Assembly (NCBI GenBank): GCA_032718475.1
Contig: JAUCBJ010006322.1
Span: 1-64,000, forward strand
Direction: 5' to 3'
Source of the DNA: Nemertoderma westbladi
Lineage: Eukaryota > Animalia > Xenacoelomorpha
DNA: 64,000 nt
The position numbers and the translations under genes are program-made. Position 1 is the first letter of the stretch. Each line of letters begins with the position of its first letter. The notes beneath the pieces are model-generated. The model did not search any database and was not told the DNA's origin. It saw only the letters and a program-made list of their open reading frames with translations. This document shows, one piece after another, positions 24,377 to 38,985 of this stretch.

Positions 24377-27300
24377 ATCCAGAACTCGGCCACGTTCTGT
24401 GCATCCAGAACCAGTATACTCGGCCACGTTCAGTGCATCCAGAACCAGTATACTCGGCCACGTTCCGTATACTCGGCCACGTTCTGTGCATCCAGAACCA
24501 GTATACTCGGCCACGTTCCGTATACTCGGCCACGTTCCGTATACTCGGCAACGTTCCGTATACTCGGCCACGTTCCGTATACTCGGCCACGTTCCGTATA
24601 CTCGGCCACGTTCCGTATACTCGGCCACGTTCTGTGCATCCAGAACCAGTATACTCGGCCACGTTCTGTGCATCCAGAACCAGTATACTCGGCCACGTTC
24701 TGTGCATCCAGAACCAGTATACTCGGCCACGTTCTGTGCATCCAGAACGTTCCGTATACTCGGCCACGTTCTGTGCATCCAGAACCAGTATACTCGGCCA
24801 CGTTCCGTATACTCGGCCACGTTCCGTATACTCTTCCACGTTCCGTATACTCGGCCACGTTCCGTATACTCGGCCACGTTCTGTGCATCCAGAACCAGTA
24901 TACTCGGCCACGTTCTGTGCATCCAGAACCAGTATACTCGGCCACGTTCTGTGCTCCAGAACCAGTATACTCGGCCACGTTCTGTGCATCCAGAACCAGT
25001 ATACTCGGCCACGTTCCGTATACTCGGCCACGTTCCGTATACTCGGCCACGTTCCGTATACTCGGCCACGTTCTGTGCATCCAGAACCAGTATACTCGGC
25101 CACGTTCTGTGCATCCAGAACCAGTATACTCGGCCACGTTCTGTGCTCCAGAACCAGTATACTCGGCCACGTTCTGTGCATCCAGAACCAGTGTACTCGG
25201 CCACGTTCTGTGCATCCAGAACCAGTATACTCGGCCACGTTCCGTATACTTGGCCACGTTCCCGTATACTCGGCCACGTTCTGTGCATCCAGAACCAGTA
25301 TACTCGGCCACGTTCTGTGCATCCAGAACCAGTATACTCGGCCACGTTCTGTGCATCCAGAACCAGTATACTCGGCCACGTTCTGTGCATCCAGAATCAG
25401 TATACTCGGCCACGTTCTGTGCATCCAGAACCAGTATACTCGGCCACGTTCTGTGCATCCAGAACCAGTATACTCGGCCACGTTCCGTATACTCGGCCAC
25501 GTTCTGTGCATCCAGAACCAGTATACTCGGCCACGTTCTGTGCATCCAGAACCAGTGTACTCGGCCACGTTCTGTGCATCCAGAACCAGTATACTCGGCC
25601 ACGTTCTGTGCATCCAGATCGTATCCAGCCGTATACTCGGCCACGTTCTGTGCATCCAGAACCAGTATACTCGGCCACGTTCTGTGCATCCAGAAGCAGT
25701 ATATTCGGCCACGTTCTGTGCATCCAGAACCAGTATACTCGGCCACGTTCTGTGCATCCAGAACCAGTATACTCGGCCACGTTCTGTGCATCCAGAACCA
25801 GTATACTCGGCCACGTTCTGTGCATCCAGAACCAGTATACTCGGCCACGTTCTGTGCATCCAGAACCAGTATACTCGGCCACGTTCTGTGCATCCAGAAC
25901 CAGTATACTCGGCCACGTTCTGTGCATCCAGAACCAGTATACTCGGCCACGTTCTGTGCATCCAGAACCAGTATACTCGGCCACGTTCTGTGCATCCAGA
26001 ACCAGTATACTCGGCCACGTTCTGTGCATCCAGAACCAGTATACTCGGCCACGTTCCGTATACTCGGCCACGTTCTGTGCATCCAGAACCAGTATACTCG
26101 GCCACGTTCTGTGCATCCAGAACCAGTATACTCGGCCACGTTCTGTGCATCCAGAACCAGTATACTCGGCCACGTTCTGTGCATCCAGAACCAGTATACT
26201 CGGCCACGTTCTGTGCATCCAGAACCAGTATACTCGGCCACGTTCTGTGCATCCAGAACCAGTATACTCGGCCACGTTCTGTGCATCCAGAACCAGTGTA
26301 CTCGGCCACGTTCTGTGCATCCAGAACCAGTATACTCAGCCACGTTCTGTGCTTCCAGAACCAGTATACTCGGCCACGTTCTGTGCATCCAGAATCAGTG
26401 TACTCGGCCACGTTCTGTGCATCCAGAACCAGTATACTCGGCCACGTTCCGTATACTCGGCCACGTTCTGTGCATCCAGAACCAGTATACTCGGCCACGT
26501 TCTGTGCATCCAGAACCAGTATACTCGGCCACGTTCTGTGCATCCAGAACCAGTATACTCGGCCACGTTCTGTGCATCCAGAACCAGTATACTCAGCCAC
26601 GTTCTGTGCTTCCAGAACCAGTATACTCGGCCACGTTCTGTGCATCCAGAATCAGTGTACTCGGCAACGTTCTGTGCATCCAGAACCAGTATACTCGGCC
26701 ACGTTCCGTATACTCGGCCACGTTCTGTGCATCCAGAACCAGTATACTCGGCCACGTTCTGTGCATCCAGAACCAGTATACTCGGCCACGTTCTGTGCAT
26801 CCAGAACCAGTATACTCAGCCACGTTCTGTGCATCCAGAACCAGTATACTCGGCCACGTTCTGTGCATCCAGAACCAGTATACTCGGCCACGTTCTGTGC
26901 ATCCAGAACCAGTATACTCGGCCACGTTCCGTATACTGGCCACGTTCCGTATACTCGGCCACGTTCTGTGCATCCAGAACCAGTATACTCGGCCACGTTC
27001 TGTGCATCCAGAACCAGTATACTCGGCCACGTTCTGTGCATCCAGAACCAGTATACTCGGCCACGTTCTGTGCATCCAGAACCAGTATACTCGGCCACGT
27101 TCTGTGCATCCAGAACCAGTATACTCGGCCACGTTCTGTGCATCCAGAACCAGTATACTCGGCCACGTTCTGTGCATCCAGAACCAGTATACTCGGCCAC
27201 GTTCTGTGCATCCAGAACCAGTATACTCGGCCACGTTCTGTGCATCCAGAACCAGTGTACTCGGCCACGTTCTGTGCATCCAGAACCAGTATACTCGGCC

Positions 27301-30300
27301 ACGTTCTGTGCATCCAGAACCAGTATACTCGGCCACGTTCTGTGCATCCAGAACCAGTATACTCGGCCACGTTCTGTGCATCCAGAACCAGTATACTCGG
27401 CCACGTTCTGTGCATCCAGAACCAGTATACTCGGCCACGTTCTGTGCATCCAGAACCAGTATACTCGGCCACGTACCGCATACTCGGCCACGTTCTGTGC
27501 ATCCAGAACCAGTATACTCGGCCACGTTCTGTGCATCCAGAACCAGTATACTCGGCCACGTTCTGTGCATCCAGAACCAGTGTACTCGGCCACGTTCTGT
27601 GCATCCAGAACCAGTATACTCAGCCACGTTCTGTGCATCCAGAACCAGTATACTCGGCCACGTTCTGTGCATCCAGAACCAGTGTACTCGGCCACGTTCT
27701 GTGCATCCAGAACCAGTATACTCGGCCACGTTCTGTGCATCCAGAACCAGTATACTCGGCCACGTTCTGTGCATCCAGAACCAGTATACTCGGCCACGTT
27801 CTGTGCATCCAGAACCAGTATACTCGGCCACGTTCTGTGCATCCAGAACCAGTATACTCGGCCACGTTCTGTGCATCCAGAACCAGTATACTCGGCCACG
27901 TTCTGTGCATCCAGAACCAGTATACTCGGCCACGTTCTGTGCATCCAGAACCAGTATACTCGGCCACGTTCTGTGCATCCAGAACCAGTATACTCGGCCA
28001 CGTTCTGTGCATCCAGAACCAGTATACTCGGCCACGTTCTGTGCATCCAGAACCAGTATACTCGGCCACGTTCTGTGCATCCAGAACCAGTATACTCGGC
28101 CACGTTCTGTGCATCCAGAACCAGTATACTCGGCCACGTTCTGTGCATCCAGAACCAGTATACTCGGCCACGTTCTGTGCATCCAGAACCAGTATACTCG
28201 GCCACGTTCTGTGCATCCAGAACCAGTATACTCGGCCACGTTCTGTGCATCCAGAACCAGTATACTCGGCCACGTTCTGTGCATCCAGAACCAGTATACT
28301 CGGCCACGTTCTGTGCATCCAGAACCAGTATACTCGGCCACGTTCTGTGCATCCAGAACCAGTATACTCGGCCACGTTCTGTGCATCCAGAACCAGTATA
28401 CTCGGCCACGTTCTGTGCATCCAGAACCAGTATACTCGGCCACGTTCTGTGCATCCAGAACCAGTATACTCGGCCACGTTCTGTGCATCCAGAACCAGTA
28501 TACTCGGCCACGTTCCGTATACTCGGCCACGTTCTGTGCATCCAGAACCAGTATACTCGGCCACGTTCTGTGCATCCAGAACCAGTATACTCGGCCACGT
28601 TCTGTGCATCCAGAACCAGTATACTCGGCCACGTTCTGTGCATCCAGAACCAGTATACTCGGCCACGTTCTGTGCATCCAGAACCAGTATACTCGGCCAC
28701 GTTCTGTGCATCCAGAACCAGTATACTCGGCCACGTTCTGTGCATCCAGAACCAGTATACTCGGCCACGTTCTGTGCATCCAGAACCAGTATACTCGGCC
28801 ACGTTCTGTGCATCCAGAACCAGTATACTCGGCCACGTTCTGTGCATCCAGAACCAGTATACTCGGCCACGTTCTGTGCATCCAGAACCAGTATACTCGG
28901 CCACGTTCTGTGCATCCAGAACCAGTATACTCGGCCACGTTCTGTGCATCCAGAACCAGTATACTCGGCCACGTTCTGTGCATCCAGAACCAGTATACTC
29001 GGCCACGTTCTGTGCATCCAGAACCAGTATACTCGGCCACGTTCTGTGCATCCAGAACCAGTATACTCGGCCACGTTCTGTGCATCCAGAACCAGTATAC
29101 TCGGCCACGTTCTGTGCATCCAGAACCAGTATACTCGGCCACGTTCTGTGCATCCAGAACCAGTATACTCGGCCACGTTCTGTGCATCCAGAACCAGTAT
29201 ACTCGGCCACGTTCTGTGCATCCAGAACCAGTATACTCGGCCACGTTCTGTGCATCCAGAACCAGTATACTCGGCCACGTTCTGTGCATCCAGAACCAGT
29301 ATACTCGGCCACGTTCTGTGCATCCAGAACCAGTATACTCGGCCACGTTCTGTGCATCCAGAACCAGTATACTCGGCCACGTTCTGTGCATCCAGAACCA
29401 GTATACTCGGCCACGTTCTGTGCATCCAGAACCAGTATACTCGGCCACGTTCTGTGCATCCAGAACCAGTATACTCGGCCACGTTCTGTGCATCCAGAAC
29501 CAGTATACTCGGCCACGTTCTGTGCATCCAGAACCAGTATACTCGGCCACGTTCTGTGCATCCAGAACCAGTATACTCGGCCACGTTCTGTGCATCCAGA
29601 ACCAGTATACTCGGCCACGTTCTGTGCATCCAGAACCAGTATACTCGGCCACGTTCTGTGCATCCAGAACCAGTATACTCGGCCACGTTCTGTGCATCCA
29701 GAACCAGTATACTCGGCCACGTTCTGTGCATCCAGAACCAGTATACTCGGCCACGTTCTGTGCATCCAGAACCAGTATACTCAGCCACGTTCTGTGCATC
29801 CAGAACCAGTATACTCAGCCACGTTCTGTGCATCCAGAACCAGTATACTCGGCCACGTTCTGTGCATCCAGAACCAGTATACTCGGCCACGTTCTGTGCA
29901 TCCAGAACCAGTATACTCGGCCACGTTCTGTGCATCCAGAACCAGTATACTCGGCCACGTTCTGTGCATCCAGAACCAGTATACTCGGCCACGTTCTGTG
30001 CATCCAGAACCAGTATACTCGGCCACGTTCTGTGCATCCAGAACCAGTATACTCGGCCACGTTCTGTGCATCCAGAACCAGTATACTCGGCCACGTTCTG
30101 TGCATCCAGAACCAGTATACTCGGCCACGTTCTGTGCATCCAGAACCAGTATACTCGGCCACGTTCTGTGCATCCAGAACCAGTATACTCGGCCACGTTC
30201 TGTGCATCCAGAACCAGTATACTCGGCCACGTTCTGTGCATCCAGAACCAGTATACTCGGCCACGTTCTGTGCATCCAGAACCAGTATACTCGGCCACGT

Positions 30301-33300
30301 TCTGTGCATCCAGAACCAGTATACTCGGCCACGTTCTGTGCATCCAGAACCAGTATACTCGGCCACGTTCTGTGCATCCAGAACCAGTATACTCGGCCAC
30401 GTTCTGTGCATCCAGAACCAGTATACTCGGCCACGTTCTGTGCATCCGCAGTATACTCGGCCACGTTCTGTGCATCCAGAACCAGTATACTCGGCCACGT
30501 TCTGTGCATCCAGAACCAGTATACTCGGCCACGTTCTGTGCATCCAGAACCAGTATACTCGGCCACGTTCTGTGCATCCAGAACCAGTATACTCGGCCAC
30601 GTTCTGTGCATCCAGAACCAGTATACTCGGCCACGTTCTGTGCATCCAGAACCAGTATACTCGGCCACGTTCTGTGCATCCAGAACCAGTATACTCGGCC
30701 ACGTTCCGTATACTCGGCCACGTTCTGTGCATCCAGAACCAGTATACTCGGCCACGTTCTGTGCATCCAGAACCAGTATACTCAGCCACGTTCTGTGCAT
30801 CCAGAACCAGTATACTCAGCCACGTTCTGTGCATCCAGAATCAGTGTACTCGGCTACGTTCTGTGCATCCAGAACCAGTATACTCGGGCACGTTCTGTGC
30901 ATCCAGAACCAGTATACTCGGCCACGTTCTGTGCATCCAGAACCAGTATACTCGGCCACGTTCTGTGCATCCAGAACCAGTGTACTCGGCCACGTTCTGT
31001 GCATCCAGAACCAGTATACTCGGCCACGTTCTGTGCATCCAGAACCAGTATACTCGGCCACGTTCTGTGCATCCAGAACCAGTATACTCGGCCACGTTCT
31101 GTGCATCCAGAACCAGTATACTCGGGCACGTTCTGTGCATCCAGAACCAGTATACTCGGCCACGTTCTGTGCATCCAGAACCAGTATACTCGGCCACGTT
31201 CCGTATACTCGGCCACGTTCTGTGCATCCAGAACCAGTATACTCGGCCACGTTCTGTGCATCCAGAACCAGTATACTCGGCCACGTTCTGTGCATCCAGA
31301 ACCAGTATACTCGGCCACGTTCTGTGCATCCAGAACCAGTGTACTCGGCCACGTTCTGTGCATCCAGAACCAGTATACTCGGCCACGTTCTGTGCATCCA
31401 GAACCAGTATACTCGGCCACGTTCTGTGCATCCAGAACCAGTATACTCGGCCACGTTCTGTGCATCCAGAACCAGTATACTCGGCCACGTTCTGTGCATC
31501 CAGAACCAGTATACTCGGCCACGTTCTGTGCATCCAGAACCAGTATACTCGGCCACGTTCTGTGCATCCAGAACCAGTATACTCGGCCACGTTCTGTGCA
31601 TCCAGAACCAGTATACTCGGCCACGTTCTGTGCATCCAGAACCAGTATACTGGGCCACGTTCCGTATACTCGGCCACGTTCCGTATACTCGGCCACGTTC
31701 TGTGCATCCAGAACCAGTATACTCGGCCACGTTCTGTGCATCCAGAACCAGTATACTCAGCCACGTTCTGTGCATCCAGAACCAGTATACTCAGCCACGT
31801 TCTGTGCATCCAGAATCAGTGTACTCGGCTACGTTCTGTGCATCCAGAACCAGTATACTCGGGCACGTTCTGTGCATCCAGAACCAGTATACTCGGCCAC
31901 GTTCTGTGCATCCAGAACCAGTATACTCGGCCACGTTCTGTGCATCCAGAACCAGTGTACTCGGCCACGTTCTGTGCATCCAGAACCAGTATACTCGGCC
32001 ACGTTCTGTGCATCCAGAACCAGTATACTCGGCCACGTTCTGTGCATCCAGAACCAGTATACTCGGCCACGTTCTGTGCATCCAGAACCAGTATACTCGG
32101 CCACGTTCTGTGCATCCAGAACCAGTATACTCGGCCACGTTCTGTGCATCCAGAACCAGTATACTCGGCCACGTTCCGTGCTCCAGTCCGTATACTCGGC
32201 CACGTTCTGTGCATCCAGAACCAGTATACTCGGCCACGTTCTGTGCATCCAGAACCAGTATACTCGGCCACGTTCTGTGCATCCAGAACCAGTATACTCG
32301 GCCACGTTCTGTGCATCCAGAACCAGTATACTCGGCCACGTTCTGTGCATCCAGAACCAGTGTACTCGGCCACGTTCTGTGCATCCAGAACCAGTATACT
32401 CAGCCACGTTCTGTGCATCCAGAACCAGTATACTCAGCCACGTTCTGTGCATCCAGAACCAGTATACTCGGTCACGTTCTGTGCATCCAGAACCAGTATA
32501 CTCGGCCACGTTCTGTGCATCCAGAACCAGTATACTCGGCCACGTTCTGTGCATCCAGAACCAGTATACTCGGCCACGTTCTGTGCATCCAGAACCAGTA
32601 TACTCAGCCACGTTCTGTGCATCCAGAACCAGTATACTGGGCCACGTTCCGTATACTCGGCCACGTTCCGTATACTCGGCCACGTTCTGTGCATCCAGAA
32701 CCAGTATACTCGGCCACGTTCTGTGCATCCAGAACCAGTATACTCAGCCACGTTCTGTGCATCCAGAACCAGTATACTCAGCCACGTTCTGTGCATCCAG
32801 AATCAGTGTACTCGGCTACGTTCTGTGCATCCAGAACCAGTATACTCGGGCACGTTCTGTGCATCCAGAACCAGTATACTCGGCCACGTTCTGTGCATCC
32901 AGAACCAGTATACTCGGCCACGTTCTGTGCATCCAGAACCAGTATACTCGGCCACGTTCTGTGCATCCAGAACCAGTATACTCGGCCACGTTCTGTGCAT
33001 CCAGAACCAGTATACTCGGCCACGTTCTGTGCATCCAGAACCAGTATACTCGGGCATGTTCTGTGCATCCAGAACCAGTATACTCGGGCGCGTTCTGTGC
33101 ATCCAGAACCAGTATACTCGGCCACGTTCTGTGCATCCAGAACCAGTATACTCGGCCACGTTCTGTGCATCCAGAACCAGTATACTCGGGCATGTTCTGT
33201 GCATCCAGAACCAGTATACTCGGCCACGTTCTGTGCATCCAGAACCAGTATACTCGGCCACGTTCTGTGCATCCAGAACCAGTATACTCGGCCACGTTCT

Positions 33301-35478
33301 GTGCATCCAGAACCAGTATACTCGGGCACGTTCTGTGCATCCAGAACCAGTATACTCGGGCGCGTTCTGTGCATCCAGAACCAGTATACTCGGCCACGTA
33401 CCGCATACTCGGCCACGTTCTGTGCATCCAGAACCAGTATACTCGGGCACGTTCTGTGCATCCAGAACCAGTATACTCGGCCACGTTCTGTGCATCCAGA
33501 ACCAGTATACTCGGCCACGTTCTGTGCATCCAGAACCAGTATACTCGGGCATGTTCTGTGCATCCAGAACCAGTATACTCGGGCGCGTTCTGTGCATCCA
33601 GAACCAGTATACTCAGCCACGTTCTGTGCATCCAGAACCAGTATACTCGGCCACGTTCCGTATACTCGGCCACGTTCTGTGCATCCAGAACCAGTATACT
33701 CGGCCACGTTCTGTGCATCCAGAACCAGTATACTCAGCCACGTTCTGTGCATCCAGAACCAGTATACTCAGCCACGTTCTGTGCATCCAGAATCAGTGTA
33801 CTCGGCTACGTTCTGTGCATCCAGAACCAGTATACTCGGGCACGTTCTGTGCATCCAGAACCAGTATACTCGGCCACGTTCTGTGCATCCAGAACCAGTA
33901 TACTCGGCCACATTCTGTGCATCCAGAACCAGTGTACTCGGCCACGTTCTGTGCATCCAGAACCAGTATACTCAGCCACGTTCTGTGCATCCAGAACCAG
34001 TATACTCGGCCACGTTCTGTGCATCCAGAACCAGTATACTCGGGCATGTTCTGTGCATCCAGAACCAGTATACTCGGGCGCGTTCTGTGCATCCAGAACC
34101 AGTATACTCAGCCACGTTCTGTGCATCCAGAACCAGTATACTCGGCCACGTTCCGTATACTCGGCCACGTTCTGTGCATCCAGAACCAGTATACTCGGCC
34201 ACGTTCTGTGCATCCAGAACCAGTATACTCAGCCACGTTCTGTGCATCCAGAACCAGTATACTCAGCCACGTTCTGTGCATCCAGAATCAGTGTACTCGG
34301 CTACGTTCTGTGCATCCAGAACCAGTATACTCGGGCACGTTCTGTGCATCCAGAACCAGTATACTCGGCCACGTTCTGTGCATCCAGAACCAGTATACTC
34401 GGCCACATTCTGTGCATCCAGAACCAGTGTACTCGGCCACGTTCTGTGCATCCAGAACCAGTATACTCAGCCACGTTCTGTGCATCCAGAACCAGTATAC
34501 TCAGCCACGTTCTGTGCATCCAGAACCAGTATACTCGGTCACGTTCTGTGCATCCAGAACCAGTATACTCGGCCACGTTCTGTGCATCCAGAACCAGTGT
34601 ACTCGGCCACGTTCTGTGCATCCAGAACCAGTATACTCGGCCACGTTCTGTGCATCCAGAACCAGTATACTCAGCCACGTTCTGTGCATCCAGAACCAGT
34701 ATACTGGGCCACGTTCCGTATACTCGGCCACGTTCCGTATACTCGGCCACGTTCTGTGCATTCAGAACCAGTATACTCGGCCACGTTCTGTGCATTCAGA
34801 ACCAGTATACTCGGCCACGTTCTGTGCATCCAGAACCAGTATACTCGGCCACGTTCCGTAAACTCGGCCACGTTCCGTATACTCGGCCACGTTCTGTGCA
34901 TTCAGAACCAGTATACTCGGCCACGTTCTGTGCATTCACGTTCCGTAAACTCGGCCACGTTCCGTATACTCGGCCACGTTCCGTATACTCGGCCACGTTC
35001 CGTATACTCGGCCACGTTCCGTATACTCGGCCACGTTCTGTGCATTCAGAACCAGTATACTCGGCCACGTTCTGTGCATTCAGAACCGGTATACTCGGCC
35101 ACGGTCTGTGCATTCAGAACCGGTATACTCGGCCACGTTCTGTTCATCCAGAACCAGTATACTCGGCCAGGTTCCGTATACTCGGCCACGTTCCGTATAC
35201 TCGGCCACGTTCCGTATACTCGGCCATGTTCCGTATACTCGGCCACGTTCCGTTTACTCGGCCACGTTCTGTATATCGGGCACGTTCCGTATACTCGGCC
35301 ACGTTCCGTATACTCGGCCACGTTCCGTATACTCGGCCATGTTCCGTATACTCGGCCACGTTCCGTTTACTCGGCCACGTTCTGTATACTCGGGCACGTT
35401 CCGTATACTCGGCCACGTTCCGTATACTCGGCCACGTTCCGTATACTCGGCCACGTTCCGTATACTCGGCCACGTTCT
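24377..35478. repeat. 34-bp satellite (with 19-bp short variant), ~11.1 kb, in SLC16 intron 3
   Basis: Unit GTATACTCGGCCACGTTCTGTGCATCCAGAACCA; short variant GTATACTCGGCCACGTTCC is enriched at both edges. The consensus unit has no stop codon in any frame. Confidence 0.99.
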
Positions 35479-35559
35479 TCCACTTTTTGATATCTCCTAT
35501 ACATTACTTCCAATCTAGTATTAATTTCATTGTGTTGTCGATGCGGGGTTTGTAATACG

Positions 35560-35891
35560 ATGGTGGTTGATACGAAATATAATGCGAACATTTAGTAGAC
35601 GATAGATGTTGTACATCTCCGTTGAATTGAATTCACATCTCTCTGGAGGTCGCGGGTTCGATCCCCGCATGGGGTTAGGGTAGTTTTCGTTTCCCTTGGC
35701 TTTCGCACGAATCATTTAAAGTCATAGGGCTCATCTATGCCTTGCATCCGTAAATGGTGGCTAAATGAGTACCAGTTTCCTTTTCGGAGTATTGTTCTGG
35801 GGGGACCGCACTGCTGAACTGGAAATAAGTCGTCAGACGGTGTGCGTAATCCCTGGCCTAACGGCCGAAGAAAACTCTACTTTACTTTTTT
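35560..35891 (+). mobile_element. tRNA-derived SINE with Deu/Nin-like central domain
   Basis: B-box GGTTCGATCCC; central GCCTTGCATCC...TAAATGAGTACCAG resembles the conserved Deu/Nin SINE core; ends in CTACTTTACTTTTT. The 5' boundary is approximate. Confidence 0.6.
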
Positions 35892-37171
35892 CTACGTTGC
35901 ATATGGCGTGTGGTTTGTCTTGATCTCTTGTTTTAGTGCAATGTGTGCATCGTGAGGCAATTATTGGTGTAAAAATAATCACAATTACTGTATATAATTT
36001 ATCTTGTAACTATAATCAACAATAAAATACATTAATAATTAAAAGGTTTAGTTTATTATTTTATAAAACTTGCAATAACGTTCGTAGAACCAATAAAGTT
36101 CATAAAACTTAAGCAAAATGACTGCTTACTGCTTACTTACATTTATTTTTTACAGGTTTCACAGAGCAATATAAACCCTATGTGGTTTCTTTATGATTCA
36201 TATCTGAGTATCCAACTCTAGTTTCAGTATATCCACTTAGGCCATAAAACTGGTAGTTATAAACTGACTGCCCAAGTAACACTTATTCGAATAGGGCTGC
36301 GGTAGCCCCCTACATAACCCTTATTCGCAGTATTGATGTATTTCTATGGATTCCTATTGGTTCGTCGTTGATAAATAATCTTCTCTGATACAATCAATTG
36401 ATGTGCTATACAGCCAATCACGTATGACTTTATTGGTACCGGCAAGTGGAAGCAGGTTTGTAATGATAGAAAATGGTTTGTTACAATGATTGGTCAGGAT
36501 CTAGTATCGCCCAGTTATTAAACCAGTTTTCGCTGTTAATTGTTATTATCACTTAATTGTGGGGCGAGTCAAAGCTGCGAGCCATCAGCGAACTGTTATA
36601 ATTATACTATGGCCGTTTTATAAAAATATACGGGGGGGGGGGGGGGGATGGTGTCAGTGTGTGTGTCGGAACCCAATATATAACTAGCCATAGTATAATT
36701 ATAGTTGTCTTGCAGCTTTTGCTGCTCGAAGGCCCCACTCGTGTTAAATACTGTCTTCTCGTTTGCAGTTGGTTCAATAAAGTGCACCATTCATCCTGTC
36801 ATAGACTCCGGCAAATGGATTAGAAATTTATTCAACAATAATATTTTATATTGAAAATTACAAATATAAAAGATGAGAAAATACCTTTTTAATTTATTTG
36901 GTTTGATTTGATTTCTCCAAGGGAGCTTCCTACAGAAACGCACATTTCAGATTTCACAACATTAATGATATTTTCATATTTCATAACGGCATAAAACTGA
37001 AAAGTATTGGGTGGTACTAATCCCTATCGTGTCGTGTAGGTCATGAGTTCTAATTGGCCCTTTTTTATTTCTGTTGTTTTGTTTTACAGGCGTCACTGAA
37101 GAAGAAATCTTGTGGATTCTGCCAAGCCTTTAAGAATTAGTTTATGAAACTGTGTTTTATTTCTCCTGTAG

Positions 37172-37299
37172 GAAATTGGCTGGAGAGATACGCTGCGCTT
37201 ATGGGCTTTTGTTGTCTTAGTTTTGGGATTGATAATCACCTACGCTGCGTCGCTTATCCGTTCTGAACTGAAAGTAAATGATAAACTGAGGGAATACAG
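37172..37299 (+). CDS. SLC16-like transporter, exon 4
   Basis: cctgtag|EIGWRDTLRLWAFVVLVLGLIITYAASLIRSELKVNDKLREY(R)|gtgaga; SLC16 GWR motif before TM6. Confidence 0.9.
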
Positions 37300-38728
37300 G
37301 TGAGATTATTTGAGCGGATGAACTGTTCAGGCTGAGATTTAGGCTAATATTTTGTGGAGTTGTGGGTTCATTCTGTTTGGAATATAATTCCAATCCTTTT
37401 CGTACAAAAAAACAATTTGAATGACGTTAAACACGCTGCCTTTTTTGAGATTTCTAATTTCTGTAGTCAGTATATATGACTTATATTTGGATAAACTAAC
37501 AACTAGCTGGCGGGGCTAGCGCAACGGGAAAGAAGCTCTCTAGCTTCAGACGACTGTTCAACTGTCCACGTCTTCGTCCAAGTTACACTCAAAATAAAGT
37601 TAAGTACATACATCAATAATGTTTATCATATAAATGACATTTATTATGTTCTCGAAGAGTTAATGAACAGAAGGCGGCACATAATTATTGACCTTTCAAT
37701 AAGTTTACTCTATTATTTGAAGACCGTTAGGAGTTTACTTACTGTAAAATTATTCACTATATATCTATCTATCTATGTATGTATGTATCTATCTACATCG
37801 GGTGAACTCCTCCGAAGCTATAGCTTGTCCGTCAATTAAAGTTATATTAATCGACGCAGCTCAAACCCAGGATGTGGAAAAATGGGTTTATTTCGAAAAA
37901 TAGCCCCATAACACGAAAATTGCCCTGATGGTGCTCATGTGGATCTAGTAAGCTACTACTATTAATTGAATGGATAGGCCCAAACTGCAGAAAAGTGAGA
38001 AGTATATTACTTGCCAAGTTTATTACTCTCTCACTCTATCCCAGACAAGTAATTAAATATCAACAGTTAGTTTGAATTTATTATCCCGCCAGCTGAATAG
38101 CTCTTCCCACTGTGCCAACTAATAGTAGGCCTATATTATTGTAGTATGCTTGGCCTACACAAGTTTGTAATGTAATATCCCGCCAGCTGAATAGCTCTTC
38201 CCAGCGTGCCAACTAATAATAATATATTATTGTAGCTCTAGCCAATCAGGGAGCTAAATACCAGTACACGTTTTTATTTCTTCACCATTATTACCATGTC
38301 CAAAAATCTGCGGAAAAATTGAGACAGGAAAGAAGCTAAGAGCTTCTAAATAATTGATAATATATGATAAAGTAGACAATATCAAGGTTTATTCCTGTAT
38401 TATATTTCACATAGCACATCATTGGAGAGTAATTTATTTATTGCATTTCTTAAATATATTACTATTAGTAGTCAAATCAATCAAATCAAATATCAAATAT
38501 TATTTCTATTTATGAATTTTCTGTCAAATACAGTTAATAATGTATTATGCATTTTAAATGTGATTCTCAACGTCATGTTGCTAAATCAAAACACACAAAA
38601 ATTGAGAAACAATTTTGATCAAGCAAGTTTAAGTTTGAATGAGAACAAATGTAACTGCTACCGGGAAAAACCAGGTCTTCAATAGTGTTAATTCCGTAAT
38701 AAATAATCAGTGAAAAAATTTAATAATA

Positions 38729-38985
38729 AGAGGTATCACCATACTCAAGAGGTATTATTACCATACTCAAGAGGTATTACCATACTCAAGAGGTATTACC
38801 ATACTCAAGAGGTATTACCATACTCAAGAGGTATTACCATACTCAAGAGGTATTACCATACTCAAGAGGTATTACCATACTCAAGAGGTATTACCATACT
38901 CAAGAGGTATTACCATACTCAAGATGTATTACCATACTCAAGAGGTATTATCACCATACTCAAGAGGTATTATTCCATACTCAAG
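38729..38985. repeat. 19-bp minisatellite (~13 copies)
   Basis: Tandem CCATACTCAAGAGGTATTA. Confidence 0.95.

Noticed and set aside
24347-35555. 3500-3700-aa ORFs on + and many long ORFs on -
   Set aside because: They result from a stop-free 34-bp unit. All frames encode the same permuted peptide, indels shift frames freely, and the array lies within an SLC16 intron.
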